Shown here: in pieces, positions 48,739-59,124 of the stretch | How the letters are laid out: each line of letters begins with the position of its first letter | Numbering within the stretch: position 1 is the first letter of the stretch | Origin: Longimicrobium sp. | GTDB lineage: Bacteria; Gemmatimonadota; Gemmatimonadetes; Longimicrobiales; Longimicrobiaceae | Direction: 5' to 3' | DNA length: 64,000 nucleotides | Assembly (NCBI GenBank): GCA_035689035.1 | Contig: DASSME010000407.1 | Location: 28,054 to 92,053 of the forward strand | Notes under the pieces: generated by a model | Told to the model about the DNA's origin: nothing | What the model saw: only the letters and a program-made list of their open reading frames with translations | The model's database searches: none | Position numbers and translations under genes: made by a program

Positions 48739-49248
48739 TCAGTCAGCGGCGGCGGCGCCGTCGGGCTCGAGCACCTGGGGGAGCACGCGCGTCTCGAACG
48801 TCTGCGCCAGCGTCCCGTGCGCGCGGCTGGAGAGCTCGCGCAACGAGCTGCCCGTGAGCTGGCGCGCCAGGCGGCCCAGCGTGTGGGGGTGGATGCCGAT
48901 CTCCTCGGCCACCTCGGCCCAGGGGCGGCTGGCCGTCTTGCGATGGGCGGCGCGCAGCAGCAGCACCCAGTGCAGGAAATCCTGCAGGCGCAGCGCGCTG
49001 TGGCGGCCGACGGACTGCTTCCAGTGCGTCCACAGGGTGCGGCGGTCGCAGCCGGCGGCGGCGGCCAGCTTCTCCACCGTGCGGATCGCGCGGCGGTCGT
49101 CGCACGCCAGCGCCAGCGCCTCGCGCAGGCGCGGCGGCAGGTGCGGCGTCCGGCGGAAGGTGGCCGGGAGCGACGCGGGGAGCGCCGGAGCCGCGCTGGG
49201 CGCCACGCGGCGGAAGGCGCGCCCGGGGTCGGGGGCGGTGGACGGCAT
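48739..49248 (-). CDS. AraC-like double-HTH DNA-binding protein
   Basis: 'TVEKLAAAAGCDRRTL' and 'WAEVAEEIGIHPHTLGRLARQLTG'. Confidence 0.6.
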   Translation of the reverse strand: MPSTAPDPGRAFRRVAPSAAPALPASLPATFRRTPHLPPRLREALALACDDRRAIRTVEKLAAAAGCDRRTLWTHWKQSVGRHSALRLQDFLHWVLLLRAAHRKTASRPWAEVAEEIGIHPHTLGRLARQLTGSSLRELSSRAHGTLAQTFETRVLPQVLEPDGAAAAD

Positions 49249-49499
49249 GGGGTGGATGGTTCGCGGTGCGGGCGCCGGAGGGCGCGGCGGAGCGGGGCGC
49301 GTGGAGGAGAAACCGTATGCGAGCATCGGCGGGGCGGCTCGGGTTTCCGGTGGGCAGCGCGGGTGGGCGCGCCAGTGACAGGCGATCATGGAAACGCATC
49401 AACCACGAATCTTGTGACAGTTCGTGAGCAGGGCGCGACAAAGCGTCGTGTGGCGGGGTTGTCCGCGGCGCGCGGCGGCCGTAGCTTTGCTCGCTGACA

Positions 49500-49685
49500 A
49501 CATCGAAGCGAGGGGGCCTTTCGGAAGCCGGTGCAACTCCGGCGCGGCCCCGCCACTGTAAGAGGCCCGGCGCGCGTGCGCTGCCGGTCCGGCCCGCTCC
49601 GCGGGGGTTCAGCCCCCGCACAGCCACTGGGCAGCACGCCCGGGAAGGTGGAGCGCCAGCCGCCTCGAGCCAGGAGACCGGCCCC
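49500..49685 (+). promoter_or_regulatory. Cobalamin riboswitch
   Basis: ggaagccggtgcaactccggc...gccactgtaa, gccactggg...gggaagg and B12 box agccaggagaccggcc, upstream of btu genes. Confidence 0.93.
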
Positions 49686-49822
49686 CGCGCTCCCGCATGA
49701 ACGCCCCTCGCGGGAGGGGTGCGGGGTCCGACCATCGGCCGAGCTCGCTCCGGGCCCCTCGCGGGCCGCCTCGCCGACCGTCGCACCCGTTCTCTCCCCG
49801 GCAGTGGGAAGGAACGGGTTCT

Positions 49823-50758
49823 TTGCGTCTGCTCATCCCTCGGCTCCACCCCGCTCTCCCGGCGCTCGCCGCGGCGCTCCTGGCCGCGTGCGGCGGCGAC
49901 CCGGGTGCGCGCCGTCCCTCCACGCCGGCGGATTCGTCCGTTTCGGTGGTGGACGACGCGGGGCGCACGGTCACGCTCCCCCACCCCGCCCGCCGCATCG
50001 TCGCCCTGGTCCCCGCGGTCACCGAGACGGTGATCGCGCTGGGCGCGGCGGAGCGGCTGGTGGGGCGGACGGACTACGACAAGGGGGCGGCCGTCGAGCG
50101 TCTCCCCTCGGTGGGCGGCGGGCTGGACCCCAGCATCGAGAAGCTGGTCTCACTCCATCCGGACGTGGTGCTGGGGTGGGAGACCAGCGGGCGCACCGAG
50201 CTGCGCGACCGGCTCACCGCGCTCGGCATCCCCGTCTTTTCGGTCAAGACCGAAGACACCACCGACGTGTTCCGCTCGCTGCGCAACCTGGGGCGGCTGA
50301 CGGCGCGCGAGCGCGCGGCGGACTCGGTGGCGGCCTCCATCCGCGGCGAGCTGGACGCGGTGCGCGCCTCGGTGGCCGGCGCGGCGCGCCCCTCGGTGTT
50401 CTTCGTGGTGTGGAACGATCCGCCGATGACCGCGGGGCCGCGGACCTTCGTCTCGCACGTGATCGAGGTGGCGGGCGGGCGCAACGCGTTCGCGGACCAG
50501 CGGGCGCTGTGGCCCAACGTGTCGCTGGAAGAGATCGTCCGCCGCCAGCCGGATTTCGTCGTCGTCCCCGTGGGCGAGCAGGGGACGGTGCGGCTCGAGG
50601 CGCTGAAGACGGCCGTGGGGTGGCGCGAGCTGCGCGCGGTGCGCGAGGGGCGGATCGTCACCGTCCCCGCGCAGGTGGTGAACCAGCCGGGGCCGCACCT
50701 GGCCCGGGCCGCGCGGGCGATGCGCGACGCCATCCACCCGGAGATCAAGGGGCGATGA
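49823..50758 (+). CDS. btuF: Cobalamin ABC transporter substrate-binding lipoprotein
   Basis: LAAC lipobox; 'RRIVALVPAVTE', 'PSIEKLVSLHPDVV', 'VSLEEIV...PD'; start (TTG) uncertain. Confidence 0.85.
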   Translation: MRLLIPRLHPALPALAAALLAACGGDPGARRPSTPADSSVSVVDDAGRTVTLPHPARRIVALVPAVTETVIALGAAERLVGRTDYDKGAAVERLPSVGGGLDPSIEKLVSLHPDVVLGWETSGRTELRDRLTALGIPVFSVKTEDTTDVFRSLRNLGRLTARERAADSVAASIRGELDAVRASVAGAARPSVFFVVWNDPPMTAGPRTFVSHVIEVAGGRNAFADQRALWPNVSLEEIVRRQPDFVVVPVGEQGTVRLEALKTAVGWRELRAVREGRIVTVPAQVVNQPGPHLARAARAMRDAIHPEIKGR

Positions 50759-51741
50759 GACCCGCCGCGCGCCTGCTGCTGCTGGCCGCCATCCTGGCCG
50801 CCGCGCTGCTCGCCGCCGTCCGCCTGGGCGCCGTGCCGCTGTCGCTGCGCCAGGTGATGGACGGCGTGCGCGGCGGCGGAGACCCGACCACGGTGGCGAT
50901 CGTGCGCCGCCTGCGGCTGCCGCGCGCGGTGCTGGCGGCGATGGTGGGCGGGTCGCTGGCGGCCAGCGGCGCCACCTTCCAGGCGCTGCTGCGCAACCCC
51001 CTGGCCGAGCCCTACATCCTGGGCCTGAGCGGGGGCGCGGCGGTGGGCGCGGTGTTCGCCATCGCGCTGCTGGGCGTGGGGGCGCCGGGGGGGATCGTGG
51101 CCGTCTGCGCGCTGGCGGGGGCGGTGCTGGCGATCCTCCTGGTCTTCCGCATCGCCGCCGTGGTGGGGCGGGCGCTGGACACGCGCATCCTGCTGCTGGC
51201 CGGCGTGGTGGTCGGCGCCTTCTTCAACGCCTGCATCCTGCTGGCGCTCACCTTCGCGGACGCCGACGCCTTCCGCTCGGCGATCTTCTGGATGATGGGG
51301 AGCTTCTCGGGCGCCACCTGGAAGTCGATCGGCTTGCTGGGCGCCGCGATGGTCCCCGGCGTGGCGCTGCTGCTGGCGCTGGCGCGGCCGCTGAACCTCC
51401 TTTCCGTGGGCGAGGAAACGGCCGCGTACCTGGGGACGCGGGTGGAACGCACCAAGCTCCTGGCCTACGGCACCGCCTCGCTGCTGACCGCGGCGGCCGT
51501 GGCCGTGAGCGGGGTGATCGGCTTCGTGGGGCTGGTGATCCCCCACGTGGTGCGGATGCTGTGGGGGGCGGACCACCGCTTCCTTCTCCCGGCTTCGGTC
51601 CTGGCCGGCGCGGCGTTCGTGGTGCTGGCCGACACGCTGGCCCGGACGGCGGCGGCGCCGACGGAGCTGCCGGTGGGGGTGGTGACGGCGTTCGTGGGCG
51701 TCCCCTTCTTCGTCTACCTGCTGCGCGGGAGGGCGGCGTGA
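50755..51741 (+). CDS. btuC: FecCD/BtuC-family ABC permease
   Basis: 'LRLPRAV', 'QALLRNPLAEPYILG', 'GVIGFVGLVIPH', 'ELPVGVVTA'. Confidence 0.9.
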   Translation: MRPAARLLLLAAILAAALLAAVRLGAVPLSLRQVMDGVRGGGDPTTVAIVRRLRLPRAVLAAMVGGSLAASGATFQALLRNPLAEPYILGLSGGAAVGAVFAIALLGVGAPGGIVAVCALAGAVLAILLVFRIAAVVGRALDTRILLLAGVVVGAFFNACILLALTFADADAFRSAIFWMMGSFSGATWKSIGLLGAAMVPGVALLLALARPLNLLSVGEETAAYLGTRVERTKLLAYGTASLLTAAAVAVSGVIGFVGLVIPHVVRMLWGADHRFLLPASVLAGAAFVVLADTLARTAAAPTELPVGVVTAFVGVPFFVYLLRGRAA

Positions 51742-52580
51742 GCGGGTGGAGCTGCCGTGGCGTGTCTTTCCGCTATCCCCAGGCGGCCCGGCCCGCGCTG
51801 GACGGCGTGACGCTGGAGGTGCCGGCCGGCGCGTGCACGGCGGTGATCGGGCCCAACGGCTCGGGAAAGTCCACGCTCCTGCGCGTCCTGCTCGGCACGC
51901 TGCGGCCGGACGCGGGCGAGGTGCGGCTGGACGATCGCCCGGTGGCGGAATGGACGCGCGAGGCGATCGCGCGGCAGGTGGGCGTGGTGCCGCAGGGCGA
52001 AGAGGCGGTGTTCCCCATGACGGTGCGCGAGATGGTGGCGATGGGCCGCTACCCGCACCTGGGCCCCTGGCGCCGCGAGGGCGACGCCGACCGCCGCGCC
52101 GTGGAGCGGGCGATGCGCCGCTGCGACGTGGCGTCGTTCGCCGCGCGGACGATCGGCACCCTTTCGGGGGGCGAGCGGCAGCGCGCGCGGGTGGCGCGCG
52201 CGCTGGCGCAGGAGCCCGCCGCGCTGGCGCTGGACGAGCCCACCGCCGCGCTCGACGTGGCGCACGAGATGGCGATCTTCGAGCTGCTGCGCGACCTGGG
52301 CCGCGCGGGGACCACGGTGCTGCTGGTGACGCACAACCTCAACTTGGCCGCGCGCTACGCCGGCCGCCTGGTGCTGCTGGAGCGCGGCCGCATCGCCGCG
52401 CAGGGCACGCCGGCCGAGGTGCTGGCGCGCGAGACGGTGGAGCGGGTCTACGGCTGGCCCGTGCGGATCGACCGCCACCCCGGCCCCGGTCCGGACGCCG
52501 GCGCGCCGCAGGTGGTTCCCCTCTCGGGCGAAGCGTGCGCGGGGATGACGGCGCGGGAGGAGGCGGCCGATGCGGCGTGA
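51738..52580 (+). CDS. btuD: ABC transporter ATP-binding protein
   Basis: Walker A GPNGSGKST, LSGGERQ, LDEP; GTG start overlapping btuC stop. Confidence 0.9.
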   Translation: MSGWSCRGVSFRYPQAARPALDGVTLEVPAGACTAVIGPNGSGKSTLLRVLLGTLRPDAGEVRLDDRPVAEWTREAIARQVGVVPQGEEAVFPMTVREMVAMGRYPHLGPWRREGDADRRAVERAMRRCDVASFAARTIGTLSGGERQRARVARALAQEPAALALDEPTAALDVAHEMAIFELLRDLGRAGTTVLLVTHNLNLAARYAGRLVLLERGRIAAQGTPAEVLARETVERVYGWPVRIDRHPGPGPDAGAPQVVPLSGEACAGMTAREEAADAA

Positions 52581-52713
52581 TCCGCGCGTCCGTCCGGGAC
52601 GCTGGGCCTCGCTCACGGCCCGGGTGCCGGCGTGCAGTCCGCGAAGGCGGACTTCGTGCCGTCGTTGCCGCGGCTTCAGTCGCCCGACGCGGCCTTTCCC
52701 GCCGGGCGCCTCG

Positions 52714-54876
52714 ATGGCCGGTCCGCGCATCCTCTTCCTGCTGCTGCTGGGGATGATGTGGTTCGGTGCATCCCCCCTGCTGGCGCAGTTCCCCGGCGAG
52801 CTGGCGGGGACGGTGACCGACGCGGCCACGCGCGCGCCGGTCGAGGCCGCGTCGATCGACCTGGCGGGAACGCCGGTCGCGGCGCGGACGGATGCGTCGG
52901 GGGCGTTCCGGCTGCGCGGGCTGGAGCCGGGCGAGTACCGCGTCACCGTCCGCCGGGCCGGGTACGCCGCGCGCGAGCTGCCGGTCACCGTCCGCAACGG
53001 GGCGACGGCGCGGCTGGACGTGGCGCTGCACCCCGTCCCCCTCGCGCTCCAGGCGCTGCGCGTGACGGCGGCGGCGGCCGATCCGGCGGCGACCACGGTC
53101 TCGCGCGAGCAGATCGAGGCGAGCGGCGCGCGCACGGCGGCGGACGTGGTGGAGCGCGCCGGCGGCGTGGTGGTGCGGGGGACGGGGCCGACGGGGCCGC
53201 GGACGGTGAGCATCCGCGGGAGCGCGGCGGACGAGGTGCTGGTGCTGGTGGACGGCGCGCCGCTGAACGACCCGGTGACCGGCGAGGCGGACCTGGGCGC
53301 CGTCCCCGCCGCGAGCGTGGAGCGCGTGACGGTGCTCCCCGGCGCGCGGACGGCTCGCTACGGCCCGCGCGCGCAGGCGGGGGTGGTGCTGGTGGAGACG
53401 CGGGCGGCCCGCGCGCGGCAGGCGGCCGAGCTCTCGGCCGGGTCGCTGGGCGAGTGGAGCGGGCGCGGCGAGGTGGGCGCGGCGCTCGGCCCCGGCGCCT
53501 GGTCCGCCGGCGCGCACCTGCGCCGCATCGGCGGGGGGTTCGACTACGCGCGCGACGTGAGCGACCCCACCGTCGTCCGCCGCGCCAACGACGACCTGGA
53601 CGAGTGGAGCGCCTTCGGCGCGGTGCAGTCCACCGTCGCGGGCGGCGAGCTGCGCCTGCGCGGCGGATGGGACGCGCTGGACCGCGGCCTTCCCGGCCTG
53701 GGCCACACGCCGTCGCCCCGGGCGCGCGAGGAGATGGGGCGCGGGCGCGCGTCGCTGGCGTGGCGGCGCGCGGGGGCGCGGACCACGGTGGCGGTGGCGG
53801 CCTCGGGCGCGGCGCAGCGGGTGCGCTTCAGCGACCCCGCCCCGCCGTTCGGCCTCCCGTACGACGACACCACCCGCGTCCGCACCGGCACCGCGCGGGT
53901 CGACGCCGACCGGCTGCTGGGCGAGACGGGGCTGCTGCGCTCCGTGGGCGGCGGCGCCGAGGCGGGGGTGCAGCGGGTGGAGGCGGGCGCACTCTCGTCC
54001 ACCGCGCCGCGCACCCGGTGGGACTTCGGCGCCTTCGGGCACGCGGGCGGCGGGGTGGCCCTCGGCGGCCGCGACGTGGCGCTCGGCGCCGAGGCGCGCG
54101 CGGACCGCGACGGGGTGACGCGCGACTGGTTCCTGAGCCGCGCGCTGAGCGCCGCCGCCGCGTTCGGGCCGCTGCGGGTGCAGCTCGCCAACCGCAGCAG
54201 CTTCACCCCGCCCTCGCTGGGCGACCAGTTCTTCCGCGAGGGCGTGGGCGTGGTGCCCAACCCCGACCTTCGCCCCGAGCGCGTGCCCAGCGAGTGGGAG
54301 GCCTCGGCGCAGTACGGGGCCACGCTGGGGCCGGCCGACGTTTCGCTGGCCGCCTCGGCCTTCACGGGCGACGTGAAGGGGATGATCGTGTGGCTCCCCG
54401 ACTTCGCCTTCCGCTGGAGCCCGCGCAACCTGGACGTGGCCCGCCGCGGCGCCGACGCCCGCGCGGAGATCGGTCTTCCCGCCGCGCGGCTGCGGGTGAC
54501 GGGCGCCTGGACCGCCGCGCGCGTCACCTGGGTGCGCGACGGGGAAGACACGGGGATCCAGGTGGCGTACCGCCCCGAGCACGCGGGGCTGTTCACGGCG
54601 CGGTGGTCGCCCGGGGCGTGGCGCGCGGAAGCGGCGGCGCGCTACACCGGGCTGCGCTACCCGGTGCCCGACCGGGCCAACGCGCTCCCCGGCTTCTGGA
54701 GCGCGGAGCTGGCGGTGTCACGCGAGTGGCGGCTGGGACGTTGGCACGCCGTGACGGCGGTGGACGTGGACCGCCTGTTCGACGAAACGCAGTCGCTGAT
54801 CGCCGGCTACCCCGAGCCGGGGCGCCGGATCCGCTTCGACCTGCGCCTGAGCCGCGCAGACCTTCATCAACCCTGA
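52714..54876 (+). CDS. btuB: TonB-dependent receptor (BtuB-like) with N-terminal carboxypeptidase-regulatory-like domain
   Basis: 'SIRGS...VLVLVDG', 'NPDLRPER', 'YPEPGRR'; lies in the B12 operon. Confidence 0.8.
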   Translation: MAGPRILFLLLLGMMWFGASPLLAQFPGELAGTVTDAATRAPVEAASIDLAGTPVAARTDASGAFRLRGLEPGEYRVTVRRAGYAARELPVTVRNGATARLDVALHPVPLALQALRVTAAAADPAATTVSREQIEASGARTAADVVERAGGVVVRGTGPTGPRTVSIRGSAADEVLVLVDGAPLNDPVTGEADLGAVPAASVERVTVLPGARTARYGPRAQAGVVLVETRAARARQAAELSAGSLGEWSGRGEVGAALGPGAWSAGAHLRRIGGGFDYARDVSDPTVVRRANDDLDEWSAFGAVQSTVAGGELRLRGGWDALDRGLPGLGHTPSPRAREEMGRGRASLAWRRAGARTTVAVAASGAAQRVRFSDPAPPFGLPYDDTTRVRTGTARVDADRLLGETGLLRSVGGGAEAGVQRVEAGALSSTAPRTRWDFGAFGHAGGGVALGGRDVALGAEARADRDGVTRDWFLSRALSAAAAFGPLRVQLANRSSFTPPSLGDQFFREGVGVVPNPDLRPERVPSEWEASAQYGATLGPADVSLAASAFTGDVKGMIVWLPDFAFRWSPRNLDVARRGADARAEIGLPAARLRVTGAWTAARVTWVRDGEDTGIQVAYRPEHAGLFTARWSPGAWRAEAAARYTGLRYPVPDRANALPGFWSAELAVSREWRLGRWHAVTAVDVDRLFDETQSLIAGYPEPGRRIRFDLRLSRADLHQP

Positions 54877-54893
54877 CGGACCTCCGTGAAGTC

Positions 54894-55958
54894 ATGAGCA
54901 ACCGAACCCCCGGCCGGCTGGCCCGGCTCGCCTGCTTCGCCCTGCTCCCGGCCGCGCTGGCCGCGTGCGGCGCGGACCCGATCACCGGCGGCGGCGCCAC
55001 CTACACCCGCATGGAGGTGATCGTCAACAGCATCTCCAACACCCTCACCCTGGTGAGCGCCGACAGCATCGCCCCCACCGCCCGCAGCGTGAGCCTGGGC
55101 GCGCAGGGCTCGCCGGTGAGCGTCGCCGCGCGCGGCGCCTACGCAGTGGTGCCGATGGGCACGTATCCGTTCGCGGCGGTGGTGGACCTGCGGGCGGGAA
55201 CGGTGCGCAACGTGGCGCTGCCGGCCAACTCGGGCGCCACCGGCGCAGCCTTCCTGAACGACAGCATCGCGATCGTCGGCAACCCCAACCGGAACTCCGT
55301 CACGCCGGTGAACGTGCGCGCCGGCACCGCGGGCGCCGAGATCGCCGTGGGCACCTACCCGCAGGCGCTGGCGGCGGGGAACGGCAACGTGTACGTGCTG
55401 AACGCCAACCTGGTGAACTTCTCGCCCGCGGGCCCGGGGAGTGTCACCGTGATCGGCTCCAACGGGACCGTGGCGGGGAGCATCGTGCTCACCGGCATCA
55501 ACCCGGCCTCGGGGGTGGTGGTGGGGAACACGCTGGTGGCGGTGAACTCGGGCCACTTCGGGCAGGGCGACGGGACGGTGTCGCTGGTGAACCTGGTGAC
55601 CGCCAAGGAAGACCAGCTGATCGCCGGCTTCGGCGAGTTCCCGGGGAGCGTGGACGTGGGGCCCGACGGGCTGATCTACGTCGGCGTGTACAGCAAGGGC
55701 ATCGTCAGCTACAACGTGAGCACCGGCCAGTTCGTGCGCGGCCCGAGCAACCCGGTGGTGCCCGGCGGAGCGCCGCCCGTGAGCGCGGTGGCGTTCGACT
55801 ACGCGGGGCGGCTGCACACCCTGGCGCCGGGCGACTGCACCCCCGGCACCCCGGGGAAGGAGTACGGCCTTCCGGCGCCGTTCACGGCCACCGAGCGCGT
55901 GGTGAACACCGGCGTGTGCCCGTTCGCGATCGCCTTCGCCACCGTGCCGCTGAGCTGA
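54894..55958 (+). CDS. YncE/YVTN beta-propeller lipoprotein (BtuG-like)
   Basis: LAAC lipobox; 'IAVGTYPQAL', 'VYVLN', 'GTVSLVNL' blades. Confidence 0.75.
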   Translation: MSNRTPGRLARLACFALLPAALAACGADPITGGGATYTRMEVIVNSISNTLTLVSADSIAPTARSVSLGAQGSPVSVAARGAYAVVPMGTYPFAAVVDLRAGTVRNVALPANSGATGAAFLNDSIAIVGNPNRNSVTPVNVRAGTAGAEIAVGTYPQALAAGNGNVYVLNANLVNFSPAGPGSVTVIGSNGTVAGSIVLTGINPASGVVVGNTLVAVNSGHFGQGDGTVSLVNLVTAKEDQLIAGFGEFPGSVDVGPDGLIYVGVYSKGIVSYNVSTGQFVRGPSNPVVPGGAPPVSAVAFDYAGRLHTLAPGDCTPGTPGKEYGLPAPFTATERVVNTGVCPFAIAFATVPLS

Positions 55959-56184
55959 CCGCCGGGCGCGGAGATCCGGAGGAGTGGAAGGAATCGTCCC
56001 CGCCGCGCGGCCGGAGCATCGGCCGCGCGGCGGGGACGATCTCGTGGGTGCCGGCGGAGATCCGGCGGAGCCCGCAAGTGCCTGCCCGGGCGGGACTTGG
56101 CCGGCCTCGTGGCGGACGGATGGCAGTGGTCCACGGGCACGCAACCTGCACTATGGGGGGGCGACTTCGGAACGAGCTAAGTAT

Positions 56185-56550
56185 ATGGCGCTGAGACACT
56201 TCAAGGATACCGAGGGGCACGAGTGGCGAGTGTGGGACGTGTTCCCCTTCGGCGGGCGGCACGCGGAGCGCCGGAACGCCGACCGGCGCGTGGCCGCCTC
56301 GAATGACTATACCGGTCCCGAGCGGCGGTCGGGGCGCCAACGCCGCGTGCGCACACCCACGCTGCTCACGCCGGGGCTGGAATCGGGGTGGCTGTGCTTC
56401 GAGAACCACGTGGACAAGCGGCGCCTGACCCCCGTCCCCGTCGGGTGGGACGAAGCGCCGGTGGAGGAGCTCGAAGGGCTGCTCGGCCGCGCCCGCTCCG
56501 TCCAGCGAAGGCACGGCCAGGAGCTGCAGGTTGCAGACGTGATGGACTGA
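56185..56550 (+). CDS. Small hypothetical protein with Arg-rich motifs
   Basis: 'FKDTEGHEWRVW', 'ERRNADRR', 'YTGPERR', 'GWLCFE...KRRL.PVP.GW'. Confidence 0.75.
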   Translation: MALRHFKDTEGHEWRVWDVFPFGGRHAERRNADRRVAASNDYTGPERRSGRQRRVRTPTLLTPGLESGWLCFENHVDKRRLTPVPVGWDEAPVEELEGLLGRARSVQRRHGQELQVADVMD

Positions 56551-56774
56551 TAGCGAATCCGGAAGTTCGGTGACTCCACCGGCCTGGCCCGGGGGGTCAA
56601 ACGGAGAAGAACGGAGGAACGGAGAACAGATCGCAGTTCTCCGTTCCTCCGTTGTACTCCGCTCCTCCGTGTGACCTTTTCAGCGATGCCGGTTGGAGGA
56701 TCGTATCTGCGGATTGGTCTGAAGATGACGCGCGACCGGGGAGCGCGGGCCGAAGCACCGTCCCGCGGCGCCGA

Positions 56775-57371
56775 TCAGGCCCTCCGCTCCACCCCGTTCG
56801 GCGGCGCGGGGTGGCCGCGGCGGGGGACGGCCTGGAAGTCGCGGGCGTGCGCCTCCATCTCGTCCAGCACCTTCTCGGGCGCCACGTCCTGCGCCAGCTC
56901 CGCCAGCTCGGGGTCGCCGGCCTGCTCGATCCCCATCTGCCGCGCGATCTGGGTGACCAGCGAGATCAGCTGCGTGATCTCGTGCTCGGCCAGCAGGCTC
57001 ACCTGCAGGTCCAGGTCGGCGCGCTTGTCGGCGAGCGCGGCCATCCGGTTCTGGCTGATCAGCACGAAGGTGGAGAGGAAGATCGCCTCCACCGACGCCG
57101 CCATCGCCAGGACCACGAACGACGGGTCGAAGCGGGAAAGCGGCGTCCACCCCAGGTTCACCACGATCCAGGCGCCGAACAGCGCCAGGTGGATCCAGAC
57201 GAAGCGCATGCTGCCGGTGAAGCGGGTGATGGCGTCGGCCATCCGCTCGCCCGCCGGCTTGGCGGCGTCTTCCAGCTGCCGGCGCGCCAGCAGCGCCCGG
57301 ATGTTGCGCTCCACCACGCCTGCCAGCTGCGGACTATGGCTCCGGTCCGGCGCATACTTCCTTTGCGTCAC
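56775..57371 (-). CDS. DUF1003 domain membrane protein
   Basis: 'ADAITRFTGS', 'FDPSF', 'SVEAIFLSTFVLISQNR'. Confidence 0.9.
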   Translation of the reverse strand: MTQRKYAPDRSHSPQLAGVVERNIRALLARRQLEDAAKPAGERMADAITRFTGSMRFVWIHLALFGAWIVVNLGWTPLSRFDPSFVVLAMAASVEAIFLSTFVLISQNRMAALADKRADLDLQVSLLAEHEITQLISLVTQIARQMGIEQAGDPELAELAQDVAPEKVLDEMEAHARDFQAVPRRGHPAPPNGVERRA

Positions 57372-57583
57372 ACTCGCTCTCCCCCGCGGATCCCGCCGCG
57401 CCCCCGGATCTCGGATGGCGCAAAAGTCGATAGAGCGTACGCATCTACCGTTCCCGGGGCCTCATCCCCACGGCCCCTTCTCCCGGGACCGTGCAAGGGC
57501 CGGGGGCAGGTGGGTAGCACGCGTTCGGAGACCCGGGTGACCTGGTTCGAACGGTGGAGGATCGGGGGGGGGGCGGAGGCGGT

Positions 57584-58264
57584 CTACCGGTAACGCTCGG
57601 CGAGCTTCGCGGGGTCGGCGCCGAGCCAGAACTCCAGCCGCAGGCGCCACATCAGCGCCATCGTGCGCCAGACGCCGCGCTCCTCCCACCTGCGGCTGGA
57701 GGTGAGCACCGCCTGGCGCAGGGAGAGCGGACGGCCCTCGCGATTGAGCGCCCGGGAGAGCGCAACGTCTTCCATCAGTGGGAGATCGGGGAAGCCGCCC
57801 GCGCGCGCGAACCGGTCGCGGCGCACGAAGATCGCCTGGTCGCCCGTGGCGATGCCGGAGAGGCGCGAGCGCAGGCCGATCATCCGCTCGATCACGCGCA
57901 GCATCGGGTGGCGCCCGCTCAGGCGCACGTCGAAGCGCCCCCATCCGCGCCCGCTCGCCTCCAGTCCATCGATCACCAGCCGGTCCGCGCCGTCCGGCAG
58001 CCGCGTGTCGGCGTGCAGGAAGAGGAGCACCTCGCCGCGCGCCACCGCCGCGCCCGCGTTCTGCTGGCGCGCGCGGCCGCGCGGCGCCTGGACGACGCGA
58101 TCGGCCAGCGGCGTCGCCAGCTCGCGCGATCCGTCGGTGCTGCCGCCGTCCGCCACGATCACCTCGCACCCGCGCGCGCGGAGCGGCCGCAGCGCGGCGA
58201 GCGCTTCCGCGATCCCCTCTGCCTCGTTCAGCACGGGGATGACGATGGAGAGCGGCGGCGTCAC
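57584..58264 (-). CDS. GT2 glycosyltransferase (TIGR04283-like)
   Basis: 'IVIPVLNEA', 'DGGSTDGS', 'GRARQQNAGA', 'LFLHADT', 'GDQAIF', 'LMEDV', 'TSSRRW'. Confidence 0.9.
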   Translation of the reverse strand: MTPPLSIVIPVLNEAEGIAEALAALRPLRARGCEVIVADGGSTDGSRELATPLADRVVQAPRGRARQQNAGAAVARGEVLLFLHADTRLPDGADRLVIDGLEASGRGWGRFDVRLSGRHPMLRVIERMIGLRSRLSGIATGDQAIFVRRDRFARAGGFPDLPLMEDVALSRALNREGRPLSLRQAVLTSSRRWEERGVWRTMALMWRLRLEFWLGADPAKLAERYR

Positions 58265-58281
58265 CCGTCCCCGTCCGGCCG

Positions 58282-59124
58282 TCAGGGGATGGAACCCTGG
58301 AACTGCTGCACCCGGATCATCCTCCCCGCCTCGGTCACGTCGTTCGACGGATAGTTGCTCGCCACCACGCAGGGGCCCGCCACCTCGTAATCGACGGGGC
58401 CGTGCACGTACACCCCCTGCACCGTCCGGGTGGCCGCGTCGAGCACCGGCGCGCCGGAGCTTCCCCCGAAGGCGGTCACCGGCCCGCGGAACAGCTCCGG
58501 GGCCGTGACGTCGTTGACCCACCCGGTGCTGTACTTCAGGGGGAGCTGCGTGGGGTAGCTCAGGCAGTACAGCGCCTGGTTCATCTGCGGGTTCTGGGCG
58601 GAGAGGGGGAGCGGGGGGATCCCCGCGACCGGTGCCGTCACCTCGATCAGCGCCCAGTCGTCCTTGATCCCGTTCCCCGCTCCCACCGCCACCACCTGCC
58701 CGGCGGTGTAGATGTTCGCCCCGGGGATGCGGACGGGGGTGGTCGCGCTCGTCATCGCCCACGCGAAGGCGAAGCGCAGGTTGTTGAGCGGGTCGTGGCT
58801 CAGCGCGGCTTCCAGCACGTGCTTGGCGGTCACCACCAGCCCGTTCGTGAGCGTGCTGTTCACCAGCCAGGCGGTGCCGTACGCCTCTTCGGCCGAGGGC
58901 TGGGCGAGGAACGCCTGGTTCGGGCAGAGCAGGGCGGGGTCGCCGGTCACCAGCTCGGTCCGCTGGCCGAACACCACGGCGGCGGGCGAGAAGGTGCCGT
59001 CGCCGTTGTCCACCAGGTCGTCTTCCGAGATCACCAGGGCGACCGCAGCCGCCTGCTGCACGATCGCGGGGGTGCCCACCTGGTACACGTCCAGCCGGGT
59101 GTCGTTTGCGTCGTAGATCGCCAT
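58282..59124 (-). CDS. Trypsin-like serine protease
   Basis: Catalytic triad motifs TAKH, DWAL, GSSGAPV. Confidence 0.85.
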   Translation of the reverse strand: MAIYDANDTRLDVYQVGTPAIVQQAAAVALVISEDDLVDNGDGTFSPAAVVFGQRTELVTGDPALLCPNQAFLAQPSAEEAYGTAWLVNSTLTNGLVVTAKHVLEAALSHDPLNNLRFAFAWAMTSATTPVRIPGANIYTAGQVVAVGAGNGIKDDWALIEVTAPVAGIPPLPLSAQNPQMNQALYCLSYPTQLPLKYSTGWVNDVTAPELFRGPVTAFGGSSGAPVLDAATRTVQGVYVHGPVDYEVAGPCVVASNYPSNDVTEAGRMIRVQQFQGSIP

